A DNA stretch of 64,000 nucleotides from Octopus vulgaris. Taxonomy: Eukaryota. This document shows, piece by piece, positions 12,800 to 26,589 of this stretch; position 1 is the stretch's first letter; the number at the start of each line of letters is the position of its first letter. The notes beneath the pieces were generated by a model that was not told where the DNA came from, ran no database searches, and was given only the letters and a program-made list of their open reading frames with translations. Made by a program: the position numbers and the translations under genes. The stretch covers positions 134,292,001-134,356,000 of the forward strand of contig OX597819.1 in NCBI GenBank assembly GCA_951406725.2, in the 5' to 3' direction.

Positions 12800-13349
12800 A
12801 AATCCAAATCAAAATGAAAATCAAATTCGATGACTGGCATCCGTGCTAGCGGGGTACAAAGAGCACCATATGGGGGTGATCGTTGACAGAGCGGCTGACC
12901 GGCTTTCGTGCCAGTGGCACATAAAAGGGCACCATTCGAGTGTGATCTTTACCAGCGTTGCCTTACTAGCACTTGAGCCCGTGCCAAGAGCACCATCCGA
13001 GCATGATCGTTGCCAGAGCAGCCAACTGGCTCCGTGCCGGTGGCATGTACAAGGGCACCATTCGAGCGTGATTGTTACCAACGTTACCTTACTGGCACCC
13101 TGTGACGGTGGCATGTGTAAAAAGATTTGAGTAAGGTCATTGCCACTATCGCTTGACTGGCCCTGTGCCGGTGGCACGTAAAAAGCACGCACTACACTCT
13201 CAGAGTGGTTGGCATTAGGAAGGGCATCCAGCTGTAGAAACTCTGCTAGATCAAGATTGGAGCCTAGTGCAGTCGTCTGGTTCACCAGCCCTCAGTCAAA
13301 GTCGTCCAACCCATGCTAGCATGGAAAGCGGACGTTAAACAATGATGAT
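12800..13349 (+). mobile_element. Retroposon shared 3' tail with internally repeated GTGCC-NNN-GGCAC modules
   Basis: Several gtgcc(a/g)gtggcac...aaaa(g)gcacc units followed by the GGAAGGGCATCC tail and (GAT)n. Confidence 0.85.
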
Positions 13350-14307
13350 CTATATGTGTGTGTGTGTGTGTGTATGTATATATTGTTTTTTTTAGATTTG
13401 TCATTTCTAATAAAAAAAAAAACTATAAAAAACACACATTTGTTCAGTCTGCAAATCACTGCAAGTTTTCTACTTTCACTTTTGCCCATTTCTCTCTCAA
13501 TACAACAAACAACTTTTTTATGGAATATACCTTGAATTTAGATACACAAGAGAATTTACTAATTCAAATGAAGTTTTCTTTCAATAATGAAATTCATATG
13601 CATGATAAATTTTAACAAGTTTATGTTAATGCATAAACTTCTTATCTGAATATTGTGTCTACAGACTGAAGGAGGTTTATTTATAAATGTTAATTACAAT
13701 AACAACTTTTTCAGTTGATGGATGTGGACATTTTGGTTACATGACACAAATAGAACTACTCAGAAATGATGTGTTTTTATTGGTGAGGGAAGTAAATTAT
13801 GTAAATATAATTCTTAATATTTCCTTGATTACAACTTTGTAAAGAGGATTGATTGTGTGTTCATGTTAAATGAGTTTGAAAACAACGAAAGAATAGATTT
13901 GTTTTAAACAGCAGGAAGAGAGAGCAGGCAACTGAGACAGAGAATTAGATAACAATTTTAGTGAAATGGTAGCATTGGTTTGAGAGACTGACAGAAGAGG
14001 AAAAAAGACACCAATAAAACTAGGTGGATTACACTCAATTGGGGACAAAGATGGGGAATTGTATATCCTGGAGTACAAAGGCTGAGGATGGGTCTGGCAT
14101 TTTGTCAGTAAGTCATGTCTGTGTATATATAAATATATACACACACACACGTATATAACCACTTCCAGTGATGCATTTCTACACTTTTCTCCTACAAAGA
14201 AGCTTCTGGGACTATCTGCTCACCCATAGACACCACTGCCATCTCACATTTGATGCTGATTCTCAGTTCTTTAGAATACTTATATATGTACATACTTATT
14301 CATTCAT

Positions 14308-14580
14308 GTTTACATCCATTTTGCCCCTGATAGCATAAGGTTAGACGTATATTATTGAGGCATTGTTTTATGGTTGGATCCCCTTCCTGTCACTAACCCT
14401 TAACTGTTTTTCAAAAAATGGATCTTTCATTTTAGATGCCTTTCAAAGTGCTGATCCAGCGGAGAATTTGTTAAGAAGAAAATAATAATAATATACTTCA
14501 CCACTTAAAGCTCAGAAATTTTTTATGTGAAGCACACAGAATGCAAGCATTCACTCAAACACACACACACACACACATAT
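14308..14580 (-). mobile_element. SINE 3' fragment (family B-related)
   Basis: Similar to 57090-57350 (tagcataag..tagac/t..attgaggca.tgtttta..g.t.gat.ccctt). Confidence 0.55.
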
Positions 14581-16224
14581 TTAATAACAGTTTGACTTAG
14601 CTCCACAAAGTTTCATGGGTAAAGAACACATCTACATTATCAGATATAAGAAGCCAGAGTAAAGAGAATCTAAAAGAAATCTAAAATGGCTTCTGGAGGA
14701 GTGGATTTTGGCCTTCGTTGGTCAGCTCAGACCATACCGGTTGCTTTAACTTAGTTTTTTTCATTTGATGCTCCACATGCTATAGCAGACTCTTAACAAT
14801 ATAACCATCTTTGTATCATAATGTACATACAGCACTGAGAAAAGGCCCATTTAGGCCAAAATGCATCTAGCATATCTTATATCATCATAATTGTGTCATA
14901 GTGGTCACAGTTACCGTTTAACACACTCTTTTTATAATTATGTATACTTTCATTAACCCATTTCCTTTTAAAGCAGTATAAATCCTTCACTGAGATACTG
15001 TACCATAGAATATTACTAACCAGATTTTAAATTGGTACTAAAAGACTTTGATACTTCATATTACCCCAAAAAAATGTATAACAGCCTACATGTGATTTCT
15101 AAGAATAAGGTGAAATTGCCACATCCTTTTCTCTTTAAACTCACTTTTTTTTTTTTTTGCAGTTTAAGAAGAAACTCTCTTTTGATACGGGGAACGGGGT
15201 TATCACTGATGCTTCTTAGGTTGGGTTTGTCATCTAAATTTCTAACTTTAGGATGGCAAAATATTGTACAGTGAAAATTATATTCCAGTTTAGGTAACAG
15301 TTTTCATTTGTGATTATCATCTATCTTGAAGATTTCAAAAGTTTATATTTAGTTCTACAAAAGAAAAAAAAACCCAAAGCTTCAATGTATTTGGTATTTA
15401 TACAAGTGACACTATTGTAGTTGGCTACTATTCATTAGTATTGCTGAGGTAAAGATTTATTTTCATTCTTTGAATGCTGAAAAAATAATATAAACACACT
15501 TTGGTAGAAGAAGAATTTAATTTCCCGCATGAATGATTGTGTTATACTGAAGATAAGGAAATAAGGGTGGGAGGGTAGCTATGGGTGAGCAGGGTTTCAG
15601 GAAATTAAACTATTGTTAAACACAGTATTCCTTACAAGTACAAGGAAGAGACAGCAGCATCTTGTGCCAAAATGGGAGGATAAAGAAAAAGATGTACATT
15701 GAAGATGTGGGTAAGAAAGAAAATCGAAGCCAGTGACAGATTATTTCATTGATGTTGATACATGTGGAATTGGTTGTGAATCGATTCAGGTATCCTTAAT
15801 TGGAACTATGGTTAAATGAAATTACATATTACTTGTGGAGATATTTTACAAGTTCTATCCCTAGAAGAGAAAGAACTTGTAGCTTAAAGCTTGATGATTG
15901 ATATAAAAACAATGACAAATATATTTAATAATCAGACGTTAGAGAAGAAACTTTTATCTGGAAACACAAACATTTGAAATCCAGAATAAAATGAATGGAT
16001 TAAAAAGATAAGAAGGAAATGATTTGAAAGATTTTACAAGGAAGATGTCAGCATCCCCTTTATATGGTGAATCCACAGTTGACTGAGTCAGGTGGTAAAA
16101 CTGTTGGGTTCCACTATCAAAATTCAGCTGTTCAATCAATTGGCTGACGACATATATGCACCCTTAATGACTGACACACTCGTACCCTTAAGTGAGTGCT
16201 TTTCTGTTTGTACAGACTAAATTT

Positions 16225-16570
16225 CTTGCATCAGTCAGATGGAATTTGGTTGAGGCAGATTTTCTGTGACTGGGCACTCTTCCTGTCACCAACCTTCACC
16301 TGTTTCCAAACAAGGGAATTTCTTTCTCAGATATATTTTCCATGAAAGCTTGAAAATGAACAACATGGTGATGCACATTTGTAACTGTTGTATGATGTCA
16401 ACAGAAGAGTATCCACACACATGATGGGATTCTTTCAGTTTCCATCAACCAAATCCACTCACAAGGCTTTGGTTTGGCCAGGGCTATTGTAGAATACATT
16501 TACCCAAGCCCTGGAAATGAACCCAAGACCACATAGATGGGAAGCAAGCTCCTTAACCACAGATGTACCC
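16225..16570 (-). mobile_element. tRNA-derived SINE family B
   Basis: Plus strand tttcagtttccatcaaccaaatccactcacaaggctttgg...gaagcaagctccttaaccac, the reverse of the head at 40385 and 26590. Confidence 0.8.
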
Positions 16571-16896
16571 ATCATTCTTTCACGAAAACTAAAACAAATA
16601 TCTTAAATTATTTTTCTCACCTGTCATTCTTAAGAGAATTCTCTTGATACAACAAAAGCACTTTCAATCGTCTTTCACCAAAGATTTTTGCTTCTTACAA
16701 TGAATTTTTTTTTCTCATTAGCCCCCCCACACACACACACATTATACTACAAGCAGTAGAGGACTAAAACAAATGGTTACACACATCAATTTCCATCAAA
16801 TGCCAACTTTTTATTATTCAAATTGATTATTAAATTCAATGGCTTCAGTTTGTTTTCCTAGGTTCATCAAGGAACACTTTTACCCTTTCAATAACC

Positions 16897-17150
16897 ATCA
16901 TCATCATTATCATCATAAGCAACATTTTACATCAATTTCCATGTTGGCGTTGGTTGGGTGAATCAGCAGACAGAGCTAGTAAGAATTCAAAGGATTTTCT
17001 TCCCCTGGACAAATTAGGGGACCTCATCTCACTCCCATTTCCTTTTAGGTCTTGGTTTCTATAGCTGGATCCACTTTTTAACACCAGCCATGTTACAGAG
17101 TGGACTGGGCTCCAGCATTAGAGAGGTAACCATGTCCTTGATAAACTCAC
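16897..17150 (-). mobile_element. Old copy of shared retroposon tail
   Basis: (ATC)n followed by tttccatgttggc...ggtttctatagctggat. Confidence 0.55.
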
Positions 17151-17228
17151 AACCCCACACTTCTACTCTCTAGTCAACCTCTTTGCAGAGGGGGAATATT
17201 TGACATGGAGAGGATAGTAAATATAATT

Positions 17229-17433
17229 GGTTCCAAATTTTGGCACAAGGTCAGCAGTCTTGGGGGAGGAGGAGGAGGAGGAGATAAGTCAATTACATTG
17301 ACCCCAGGGCTCAACAGGGACTTGTTTCATCAACTCCAAAAGGACGAAAGGCAAAGTCGACCCTGGTAAAGTTTTAACCCAGAATGTAAAGAAGGATTGA
17401 ATACTGTTAAACATTTCACCCAGCTCACTGCCT
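17229..17433 (-). mobile_element. SINE family A
   Basis: ggcacaagg...gaccccag...gaaaggcaaagtcgacc; approximate TSD agta(a/t)atataatt on both sides. Confidence 0.8.
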
Positions 17434-18504
17434 TTAGGAGTATATATAATTAAAATCTAATTAGATTTTTGGTTTACATGTAGTAAAGATATTTCTGAGA
17501 CATTATAACAAATAGTATAAGATATTAACATCTCGATAAAGAATGTGGGGGAAAAAGAATAAGAAATAGAATAAAGTATGACTGTATGAAAAGTATGGTT
17601 TATTGAAGTGTCGAAATAGTTAGAGACTAGAATAAAGAAATCTTTAATTTACTTCAAACAACAACAACAACCACCCTTTGACTACCAAAACAAAGTATAT
17701 TCCAGAGCAGCTAACAACATGATTAAATATGTGGAGTTGATTTGAATAAGAAAAGCAGGATAGCAAGGTAACAATTCAACATTAAAATAAGACACTAAAG
17801 TAGGAAATGACTTTCATAACAATTGCCGATAAGCTAATCTCGTTGTATCAGAATGGTACAGCTTATATTCTACAAGATTAATGTGTGTGCATGTGTGTAT
17901 GTTGTGATTGCTGTGTTTGTGATGTAAAAGTTAATCTTATTGTTGTCAATTAAATGATGTCTTTGATGAAAATACTTCAAATTGTCGTAACCCCATAAAC
18001 TGGTACCCCGCCTTCCTGATTAGCATTTATTATTTTACTGATCAGCACCATTAAATTGATCACAGCTTGTAATTCTAGTTTAATATAATCTAACCTAGTC
18101 ACAGTTAAATAAAGCAGAACAGTCTTGTTTATCAGGCAGCTTAATGTAAATTAGCAATATCTAACTTCTAGATATAGTAAGATGTTTATCTTCACTGATC
18201 TATAAAAATTATTTAGAAATTTATTGAGTATCATTTTCTTTTGTAATTTTGCCATTCACTTTTCAGTAAAAGTGTTGGAACCAAGCCAAATTCATTTATC
18301 TCAATAATAATAATAATAATGATGATGATAATTACTAAAGCACATCAGTGATAATTAGGAAGACAAAGCTGAGATTATCAATAGCGTATGTTAGTAACAC
18401 CATCAAAACAATATCAAATGTCCATCTTTGACATCTTTGAATGAATTCGATTGTTACTTTTGTTATCGATTAAGATTGAAAATAAATCTTTAGCAACAAA
18501 TTAA

Positions 18505-18727
18505 AATAATAATCCTTTCTACTGGAATCACAAGGCCTTAAATTTGGGGGAAGGGAGCAAGTCAATTACATCGACCCCACTGCGTAACTGGTACTTATTT
18601 AATTGACCCTGAAAGGGTGAAAGGCAAAGCTGACCTTCACAGAATTTGAACTCAGAACATGAAAAACGGATGAAATACCGCAAAGCATTTTGCCCAGCTT
18701 GCTTATGATTCTACCAGCTGACCACCT
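18505..18727 (-). mobile_element. SINE family A
   Basis: Collinear with 9220-9432. Confidence 0.85.
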
Positions 18728-18854
18728 TTGAAATTAATAATAATAATAATAATGTAACCATGCAGGCTCCTCTACAAGAACCTGGTCGGCACCCACCATC
18801 TTGTTCTTCTCATCTCCTAGAAGACCAACCCCACCACCCCACCAACTCTATCAG

Positions 18855-19080
18855 GGTTCATAGTCTTGCAAGTTTTATGGCAACCTCACTAGTGATGGTG
18901 GAATGACAAAAGCACCCAGTACACTCTGCTAAGTGGTTGCCACATTAGGAAGGGCATCCAGCCATAGAAATCCTGCCAAAGCTGACATTGGAGTAGAATG
19001 CAGTTTTCAAACCCAGGCAATTATTATCAAACCATCCAACCCATACCAGGATAGAAAGCAGACTTCAAATGATGATGACA
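18855..19080 (+). mobile_element. Retroposon shared 3' tail
   Basis: agcacccagtacactctg...attaggaagggcatccagccatagaaa...ccatccaacccat...(GAT)n. Confidence 0.8.
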
Positions 19081-19298
19081 GTAATAAAAAATAAAAGACC
19101 AACCACAAATGGTAGGACACATACTTTTTGTAATATTTCATATTTGTTGGCACCTCAGCTTAATAATCCTGCTTACCTTCAATAAATTGTTTTGATAAAA
19201 ATGAAAAGAAAAATGTGAAATAGTGACATAAAGACTTCACTAGTTAATCAGAATAGAAACAACATGTTTATCATTATTATACTATAATGACAACACTC

Positions 19299-19533
19299 CC
19301 ACATAACAATGACAGTCTTCCATGGAACCACATAAAAATTACAGTCTTCTGTGGTACTACAAAACAATAACAGTCTCATATGGTACCACATAATGACAGT
19401 CTTCTATGGTACCACATAACAATGACAGTCTCCTATGGTATCACATAATAATGACAGTCTTCTATGGTACCACATAACAATGACAGTCTTCTATGGTACC
19501 ACATAACAATAGTCTTCTATAGTACCATATAAC
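19299..19533. repeat. 29-bp minisatellite, about 8 copies
   Basis: Unit CACATAACAATGACAGTCTTCTATGGTAC repeated head to tail with small deletions and no spacers. Confidence 0.9.
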
Positions 19534-20381
19534 TACAAGCAAAATAAACTCAGTATATATATATATATGAAGGTTCACAAATGCAAAGTGAAACCATATT
19601 GAAATAAACAATTAGGTTAGCAGCAAACGATGTTGGTATATAAGAACGATTTGTGACAAAAATCAATATCAGATTCTTAGCTTAGTATTGAAAAGTTGTA
19701 TACTTTATTATAGATCTCCACTACTAGAAATCAATAGATTCATGGCGCAGCTGCTTCTATGGGCCACTGGTTTGACTAAGTCACTACAATGGCAAAATTA
19801 TTTTTAACTTAAGAAATATGGCCAATTTAACAAGAATACAAAAATGTTGAATTCAAAGAATAATCCATTGGAAAAGTTGCTAATTCTCCTTCTCTATAAG
19901 CAACTTTATTTGTTCCAAGAGACCCTAACAACAAAAAAGAACAACAAATGATCACTTTGAAAGCAAAATAAACTCCAGTTTATGTGTTTGATTGTTTTCT
20001 ATAAATTATTTTCAAATTTCCCTAAATCAATCTTCAATCAACCCAAATTCATTCCAATGAAAACTGAAAGTGATATTACTGATGGAAAGAATGTTCCACA
20101 CTAAACAAACCAACAGCTGAAGCCAGATGCAAACCATAAACATTTGCAGGCAATTTTTTTGAAAACTATTTTTTATCTGAGCATATTTTTGTTTACTTCT
20201 TTGCAGAAAATCTGGTTCAATTAAGAAATGATTTTGTTATGACTAATCAGATATATGGATTGTGTGTGATTATTTCATAATTAATGTGCAAGCCATCTAA
20301 ACATTCTTCAACAAGTATTATACAGAGATGCTTAGAAAAGAAATAAAACAACCAAAATTAAGGAAATATTGGTGGTTCAGC

Positions 20382-20575
20382 CATCATCATCATCATCATC
20401 ATCATCAACATTTAATGTCCTTTTTCCATATTGGCATAGGTTGGATGGTTTGACTGGAACTGGCAAGTCAGAAGACTGTGCTAAGCTCAACTGTCTGCTC
20501 TGGAATGGTTGGCCGATGCCTTTCTTCCTTACACCAACTGCTTTACAAAATGTACCAAGTGATTTTTACATGGTA
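20382..20575 (-). mobile_element. Retroposon shared 3' tail
   Basis: (ATC)n...tttaatgtcctttttccatattggcataggttggatgg. Confidence 0.7.
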
Positions 20576-20879
20576 GTTAAAGTAAAAACAATGTGAAGAT
20601 ATTTTTACATTAAAGTGATTCAGATTGACAAATATATTCCCATATATATATAATTTGAAGACATTTCTTTTTCAGAATAGGAATTATGAAGACATGAGTA
20701 AAATTAACAACAAATTTTGGATTGTTTCCAAAAATTGTTTTATCAACAAAGGTTTCAGTTGTAGACGATTTACAATTTTGTGTTTTGATTATATTTCAGA
20801 TTCAGTCAATCAACAAAAAATATGTCACAATTCTTAAGCAAATATGCAAATTAAGTAGAATGATTGATAGGCTTATTGC

Positions 20880-21465
20880 ATTAAAATATGGTTTCTGATT
20901 ACAAATATCTTGGGTCATACATATCATCATCAGAAAAAGATTTTCTAACTAGAAAGGGTATGGCCTGGCCAGCTTGTAATGATATGCATAAGATCTGGTC
21001 ATCAAATTTAAGTAGAGATTTCAAACTTGAAATCTTCAAAGCCACAGTCAAACCAATTCTAGTATATGGCTCAGAAACCTGGACGTTATCAAAGAAGCTT
21101 GAGAGGCAGTTGGATGGAACCTACACTCACCTCCTTATAACAGCTCAAAATTTCTCGTGGAAGCGTCATCCAACCAAAGTACAAATATATTGGAAATTAC
21201 CACCTGTATCATCTCTTGTGAAAGGTAGAAGAGTTCAGTTTGCTGGACATTGTTGTTGAGCTGAAAACGTGGTAATTTCTACTCTTCTCCTCTGGAAGCC
21301 CTCTGCTCGTGATACCAGAGGGTGCACACTCTCCTACCCTGATGTAATCTCCAGGGATACAGGCATCCAGCAACAGGGCCTCCATAATGCTATGATGGAC
21401 TGTGAAGTCTGGCGTAACATAGTAAATTCCATTGTCTCGACCACGGTCGAACAATGATGATGATG
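20880..21465 (+). mobile_element. 5'-truncated RTE/RTE-X LINE 3' fragment
   Basis: ORF 20888-21259 YKYLGSYI...FKATVKPILVYGSETWTL...RRVQFAGHC (RTE post-RT region); ends in a (TGA)n tail. Confidence 0.85.
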
Positions 21466-21675
21466 AAAAGTTTGTGATGTTAGATATAAATCCTCAACAT
21501 CCAATTGCCCAACAGTTGATTTCTTTCATCTCACAGAATCCATGGAATAGAAGCACAAGTCCAAAATCTAGAAGCAGGGCCTACAATCCTAGGTTGACTA
21601 ATATCATGCAAGGTTTTAATTATGAGTTGTTGATGAACAAAGACAACCAGGTATTGTGTACTACCTTGATATATA

Positions 21676-21752
21676 CCATATTTTCCAGTCTATGAGACAC
21701 ACCCCAACTTTACAAGTATATTTTATGAAAAAAAGAAATTTAATATGTTTCA

Positions 21753-21798
<46 letters not shown>

Positions 21799-21896
21799 GG
21801 AACAGCAACCGTAATATGGTCACATTAGATTCATGACAATATTTTGTTACATTTAAGAATAAAAAAGCACATCTTGTACGCCACCAACGTACACAG
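21676..21896. mobile_element. Possible pogo/Tc2-type MITE remnant containing (CA)n
   Basis: TA-CCATATTTTCCAGTCTATGAGACAC on the left; degenerate complementary end catcttgtacgcc...cag-TA on the right. Confidence 0.4.
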
Positions 21897-22199
21897 TAAT
21901 TATTCTTGGTGATGTTGAAACAATCTTTCCCTATTTATGACTTAACTACTTAAACCTATGTAAACACTCAACAGTGTCTTCTATACTACAAAAGAGCAAC
22001 TGCTCTGGTTCACATTTGTAAATATTTATAAGGTGTTTGTTCAGGGAACATGCACAAGTCTGATGTGAGGGATCTAAGTTGCAGATAAATAATGACCAAA
22101 AGTAAAAGCTAATCATGGAGTGGAAGGTCATACCGTTAGCATGATTGTGTTTCAGTGGAAGTAAAATTGCGCAGAAGAGTGAGGGAAGCATGACTAATC

Positions 22200-22650
22200 T
22201 CATTAGAGGACACACCCTGCCGGATAAACCTGACAGTAAATGTCTTGTCTTAGGGACGAGAATGTTTTCAACAACATTATCCTGGATGAGTGACCATTAT
22301 GGACGATGTAGAGCAGAAGATGTTGGTTTGCCAAAACAATAATGGCATCAGTGAAAAGAGGAAAAAAATGATGATAACAAACAGAGGGGATCGTTTACAG
22401 TCGGTTACTTTCAAGACTTTGACAGTGAGACGAGTGGTTATTTAGTTGGCAAAATCAAAGAGATTGTCGTTCTGCAGGATAGGAATTATTGTTGTGTGTT
22501 TGCAAAGATTTAAACAGATAACTTTAGAGAGAACCCATTAAACAGTTTGGTGAGGGCAGAGCTCATCTTCTGAGTACAGAGATAAGAGGGGAGAGTAGGG
22601 ACACAACTAGGTCTAATACTGTTCTTGGGGGGAAATTTTCTACACTTGTC
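22200..22650 (-). mobile_element. Highly decayed LINE RT N-terminal remnant
   Basis: Minus strand reads LTKLFNGFSL followed by KHTTIIPIL..., resembling the KLFNxSL...IIPI.K...NYRPISL region. Confidence 0.4.
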
Positions 22651-23479
22651 AGCAGTATGAACAAAAAGAGAACACAGTTTTTGGATTGTGTGTGGAGACA
22701 AAGAATTTGCAAATAACATTCTATTCCAGACATTTAATAAGGTTTTGTTAATTTTCAAGATAAACTTATCCACTTTGTAAGGAATCAGAGGACCAACTTG
22801 AAGCCAAATACCATTTCAAGTTTTAATCAAAGAACTCTAAATAATAGAAATGGTAACACTTTAATTCAATGACTTTAAAATATTTAAAGCAACCAAAGAT
22901 AAATTATTTTTATTTTCTAGTTTAATCAAAAGTAATATTTCTCTTTAATATTATAAATATTCTAAAACAGGTCTTTCAATAGAGAATGGCTAATCTTGGA
23001 TAAGCTTTAAGGAAATATCTTTTGGAATTTTTACATTGGAAAAAATTGTTTGGATAAAGAATAATACAGATAAACTTGATAAATTTTGCTTCATATTTTC
23101 TAAGAGCTAACTATTGAGTAACATTTCTTAAGGCCTCTGAGGAACTGAAGAAATATGAACTTTAGGAATCAGTTATCTACAGAGAATTCCAATGCTATGA
23201 TAAAATAGGATCAAATCAAAATATTCCTATGAAATGATGCCAAGAGACATTACATATTCCTAAACCTGCCGTTCTATCAAAACAGTCTGTGAAATGTTTT
23301 ATTGCAAAATATTGCTTAAAACAAATTGCAAAACAATAAACTAAAACATAAGTTTAGAATATAAACAGCATTTTATTGATTGATTTTGCTGCTGAAGTGA
23401 TTGATACTCACTAATTTTACTGTTGTAATCGTGACAACCACTGCCAACCTTTTCTTCCCACAAACTAACAACAAAATAG

Positions 23480-23675
23480 AAATAATCCTTTCTACTAAAG
23501 GCACAAGGCTGGAATTTTGGAATAAGGGGTCTCATTGGTTACATTGACCCCAGTGTTCAACTGGTAATTATCCCCAAAAGGATGAAAAGCAAAGCTGACT
23601 TTAGTGGAATTTGAACTCAAAACATAAAAACAGAAGAACAGCTACAAAGCTTTTAGTCTGGCAAGCTAATGATTG
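23480..23675 (-). mobile_element. SINE family A
   Basis: aatcctttctactaaaggcacaagg...gaccccagtgttcaactgg...ggaatttgaactc. Confidence 0.8.
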
Positions 23676-24399
23676 ATTTCAAGGGCCACAAGGGCCAAAG
23701 GTGTTGGGGGACAGCACAAAGGCAAAAGACATATGAAAGCAACAAGACTATTAAAAACACAATGATAAATCACAATAAATACTAACAAAATGGAGTGGTG
23801 GTGGGGGGGTTAATTACATCAGGTGATTCAAGGGACACAAAACTATGGATTACCCTAACATGTTAAAGATAAGCACTTTCCCCCAGTCCTTGCTGCCAAC
23901 CTACAATCAGAAAAGTTAGTGCTAAGCCTTTCATCCACACTAGTTTCACATCTCACCCTCGCTTTCCCCTTTCATGGAATTTACTGGAAAGTAACACCTT
24001 CCTCTCTACCCTACCATTCTCCTTAAGTTGTATTTGACCTGAGAGGAAAACCATTATCACAAGATATACTATTTGATGGTCCAGTCAAAAAGAAGGTGGT
24101 TGGCTGAATTGGAGCCACCAGCAACATAGCTATTAGTTGCTGGCACCCCACTCCTGGCCATGGCTGAAGAGTTTATCCCAAGCAGACAAATCTATCCTGT
24201 AGCTTGGCCAAGCAATTGTGGAAATTGTCAGATACCCAACCTGAAAATTCCCCAGAAGAATCTAAGCAAACAGCCCTTTTTGACATCCAGAATCATTGTC
24301 AGACCATCATTGCTCATATCTTCCACTAACTCCCTAAGAATACCAGAAGTGATTGACCACAAGCTCTGGCTGGTTGAGTAGCAGTAAGGGCCTAACAAC

Positions 24400-24960
24400 A
24401 TTCCAAATACCAAAGGCCCCAAGTTTGGCTTGTGCTTAATGCAACATCATGGAAACCTGTTACATGGATAGTGGCCATAGCTAGTCACCATTATCAAGGA
24501 AACTGCACAGATGTGCTGGCTTCAGTGTGTTTGAACATCGTGTAAACCCTTTGTAATGGCCATTGGTAACAGAAGAACTTCCTGACCACAGAAACCTAAC
24601 CCCTCTACATAAGTAAAAGAACACAGGCTTCTGGGGGTGTCTCTAAATGGCTGAAGAAATCCTGTCTGTCAGGGACTAAACACCACTCATTGATTGCACT
24701 ACTGCCCCCACTACAACTGATGTCTTGGACTCACTGTGAACTCAGTAGCCAAATCAAGAGAGGTCGTGTTTATCTCTAGATCCTTGCCTTTCTGCAACAG
24801 TACTGCCACACCGCTCAATCTGGCTGAAAGATGTGTAGAACTCATAGAAGACATAATGAGTATCTCTGAAATTCTGCCCTTGCTGAAGGTTACTACATCT
24901 TTATTTAGTGACCTGAGATCGTTCAGCAGGTGCCCCTGCTTCTGTGCTGACACCAGACAC
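24400..24960 (-). mobile_element. Possible L1/Tx1-type endonuclease remnant
   Basis: ORF 24711-24953 KQGHLLNDLRSLNKDVV...SGVAVLLQK resembles APE-type endonuclease N-terminus; heavily decayed. Confidence 0.35.
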
Positions 24961-25334
24961 GAGCATAATATTTACAACTCCTGCAATAGAGATATAAATA
25001 ATAATAGCAATACTTCTTTGAATATCGCTGTCAGTAAGATTACAATATTTTTCCTCCTCAGTCTCCAGACAATCTTCAAAATAACGACAAAATAACATCA
25101 TGGCACAAGGAGTGGTCTTTATTGCCGAACCAGGACTTTTTCATTTTACAACATAATTCCTACAAAGCACTCACTGCCACTCTAAAATAATGGTTTGGTT
25201 CCAATCACATGGAATCAATAGAGGTGGTCAAAAGGATTATGTTAAGTAAAGCTTAACAGGTCACACACTCCCCCACCCCTCTCAAAGAGACACAAACATG
25301 GCAAAGAGATACAGAGAGAGGGAACAATGCATGT

Positions 25335-25628
25335 ATCATCATCCTCCTTGAATGCCTATTTTCCATGCTGGCATGAGTTGGGTGGTTTCAACAGGAAGCT
25401 GGAAAGCCAGAGGGCTGCAGGGCTGCACCAGGCTCCAGTCATCTATTTTGGAATGGTTTCTATGGCTGGATGCCCTTCCTAATGCCAACCACTTTACAGA
25501 GTGTCAGCTGGGTGCTTTTTGTATGGTGTCAGCTTGGGTGCTTTTTACATGGCACCAGCAAAGGTTGCTAAGTAGCTTGCAAGACAAGGACATCTCAGCG
25601 GGGAGAGGTCGACGACCCAACACAAGTG

Positions 25629-25697
<69 letters not shown>

Positions 25698-26050
25698 ATA
25701 CACACATGCATACATATGTGTATCATCATTGTTTAATGTCCGTTTTCCATGCTAGCATGGGTTGGACAGTTCGACTGGGGTCTGGGAAGCCAGGAGGCTG
25801 CACCTGGCTCCTATCTGATCTGGCAGTGTTTCTACAGCTGGATGCCCTTCCTAATGCCAACCACTCCGAGAGTGTATTGGGTGCTTTTTACATGCCACCA
25901 TCATGGGGAACCAGTCAGGTGGTGCAGCCACAACTACAATTTCCATTTGATTGTGGTTTGATTTGATTTTGACTTTACTTGACTCAATAGGTCTCCTCAA
26001 GCATGGCATCTCGCCCTACGATCCAAAGCTACTTTTTTCAGTGGGCTCGT
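25335..26050 (-). mobile_element. Two tandem copies of shared retroposon tail separated by (TA)n(TG)n
   Basis: ggatgcccttcctaatgccaaccact at ~25468 and ~25840, each preceded by tcatcat...tttccatgct. Confidence 0.85.
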
Positions 26051-26589
26051 TATGTGACACTGGTGGAGGCTACAGCTGTGTGTATATACATATATATATG
26101 CAGTCATAGAGTGACCAGTGGCTTCCCATCCATAAACGGCCGATCCCCTTGGACGGCTTGTCAAACTCTAAAGCCAAAGACAAATATAATACTGTAACTC
26201 TGGGTGGCAGGAATCCATAACAATCAGTCAGTTGGTCGGTAACCAAAGAATAAACAATCTGGGTGAGGACAAGTTATCACCCTTAGACCAGTTTATCTGG
26301 ACCAAAAGAGGGGGAACAGGAAATATCGCCCTTAGGCTGCTTTTAGTTTGTAAGGACCTTTCTGGATCTAATCAGAGAATAGGAAACCCCATGCTTGTAG
26401 AAGGTAGCATTTGAAATGGATACAGGGACTGTAACTCTCCTGGTAAGAATTCCATAATCCTAGTTTCAGGGAGTCTTTGGGGATCCTTACTCATTCAGCT
26501 ATGCAAAGCTTGCAGCATCTGCTCCTGTTAATGTAGAATCCCGGCCACTCTGTGGTCCTCCACTTGATACCTCTTTGAGGCACCACACA

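Noticed and set aside
12439-12840. 133-aa ORF
   Set aside because: Runs through the palindrome and has no recognisable protein features.
12843-13285. ORFs with recurring LQLDALPNANH peptides (also 25352, 57417)
   Set aside because: Translations of the non-coding shared tail repeat, not a protein family.
19299-19533. CRISPR-like array (29-bp repeats)
   Set aside because: Units are contiguous with no unique spacers, there are no cas genes, and the context is eukaryotic.
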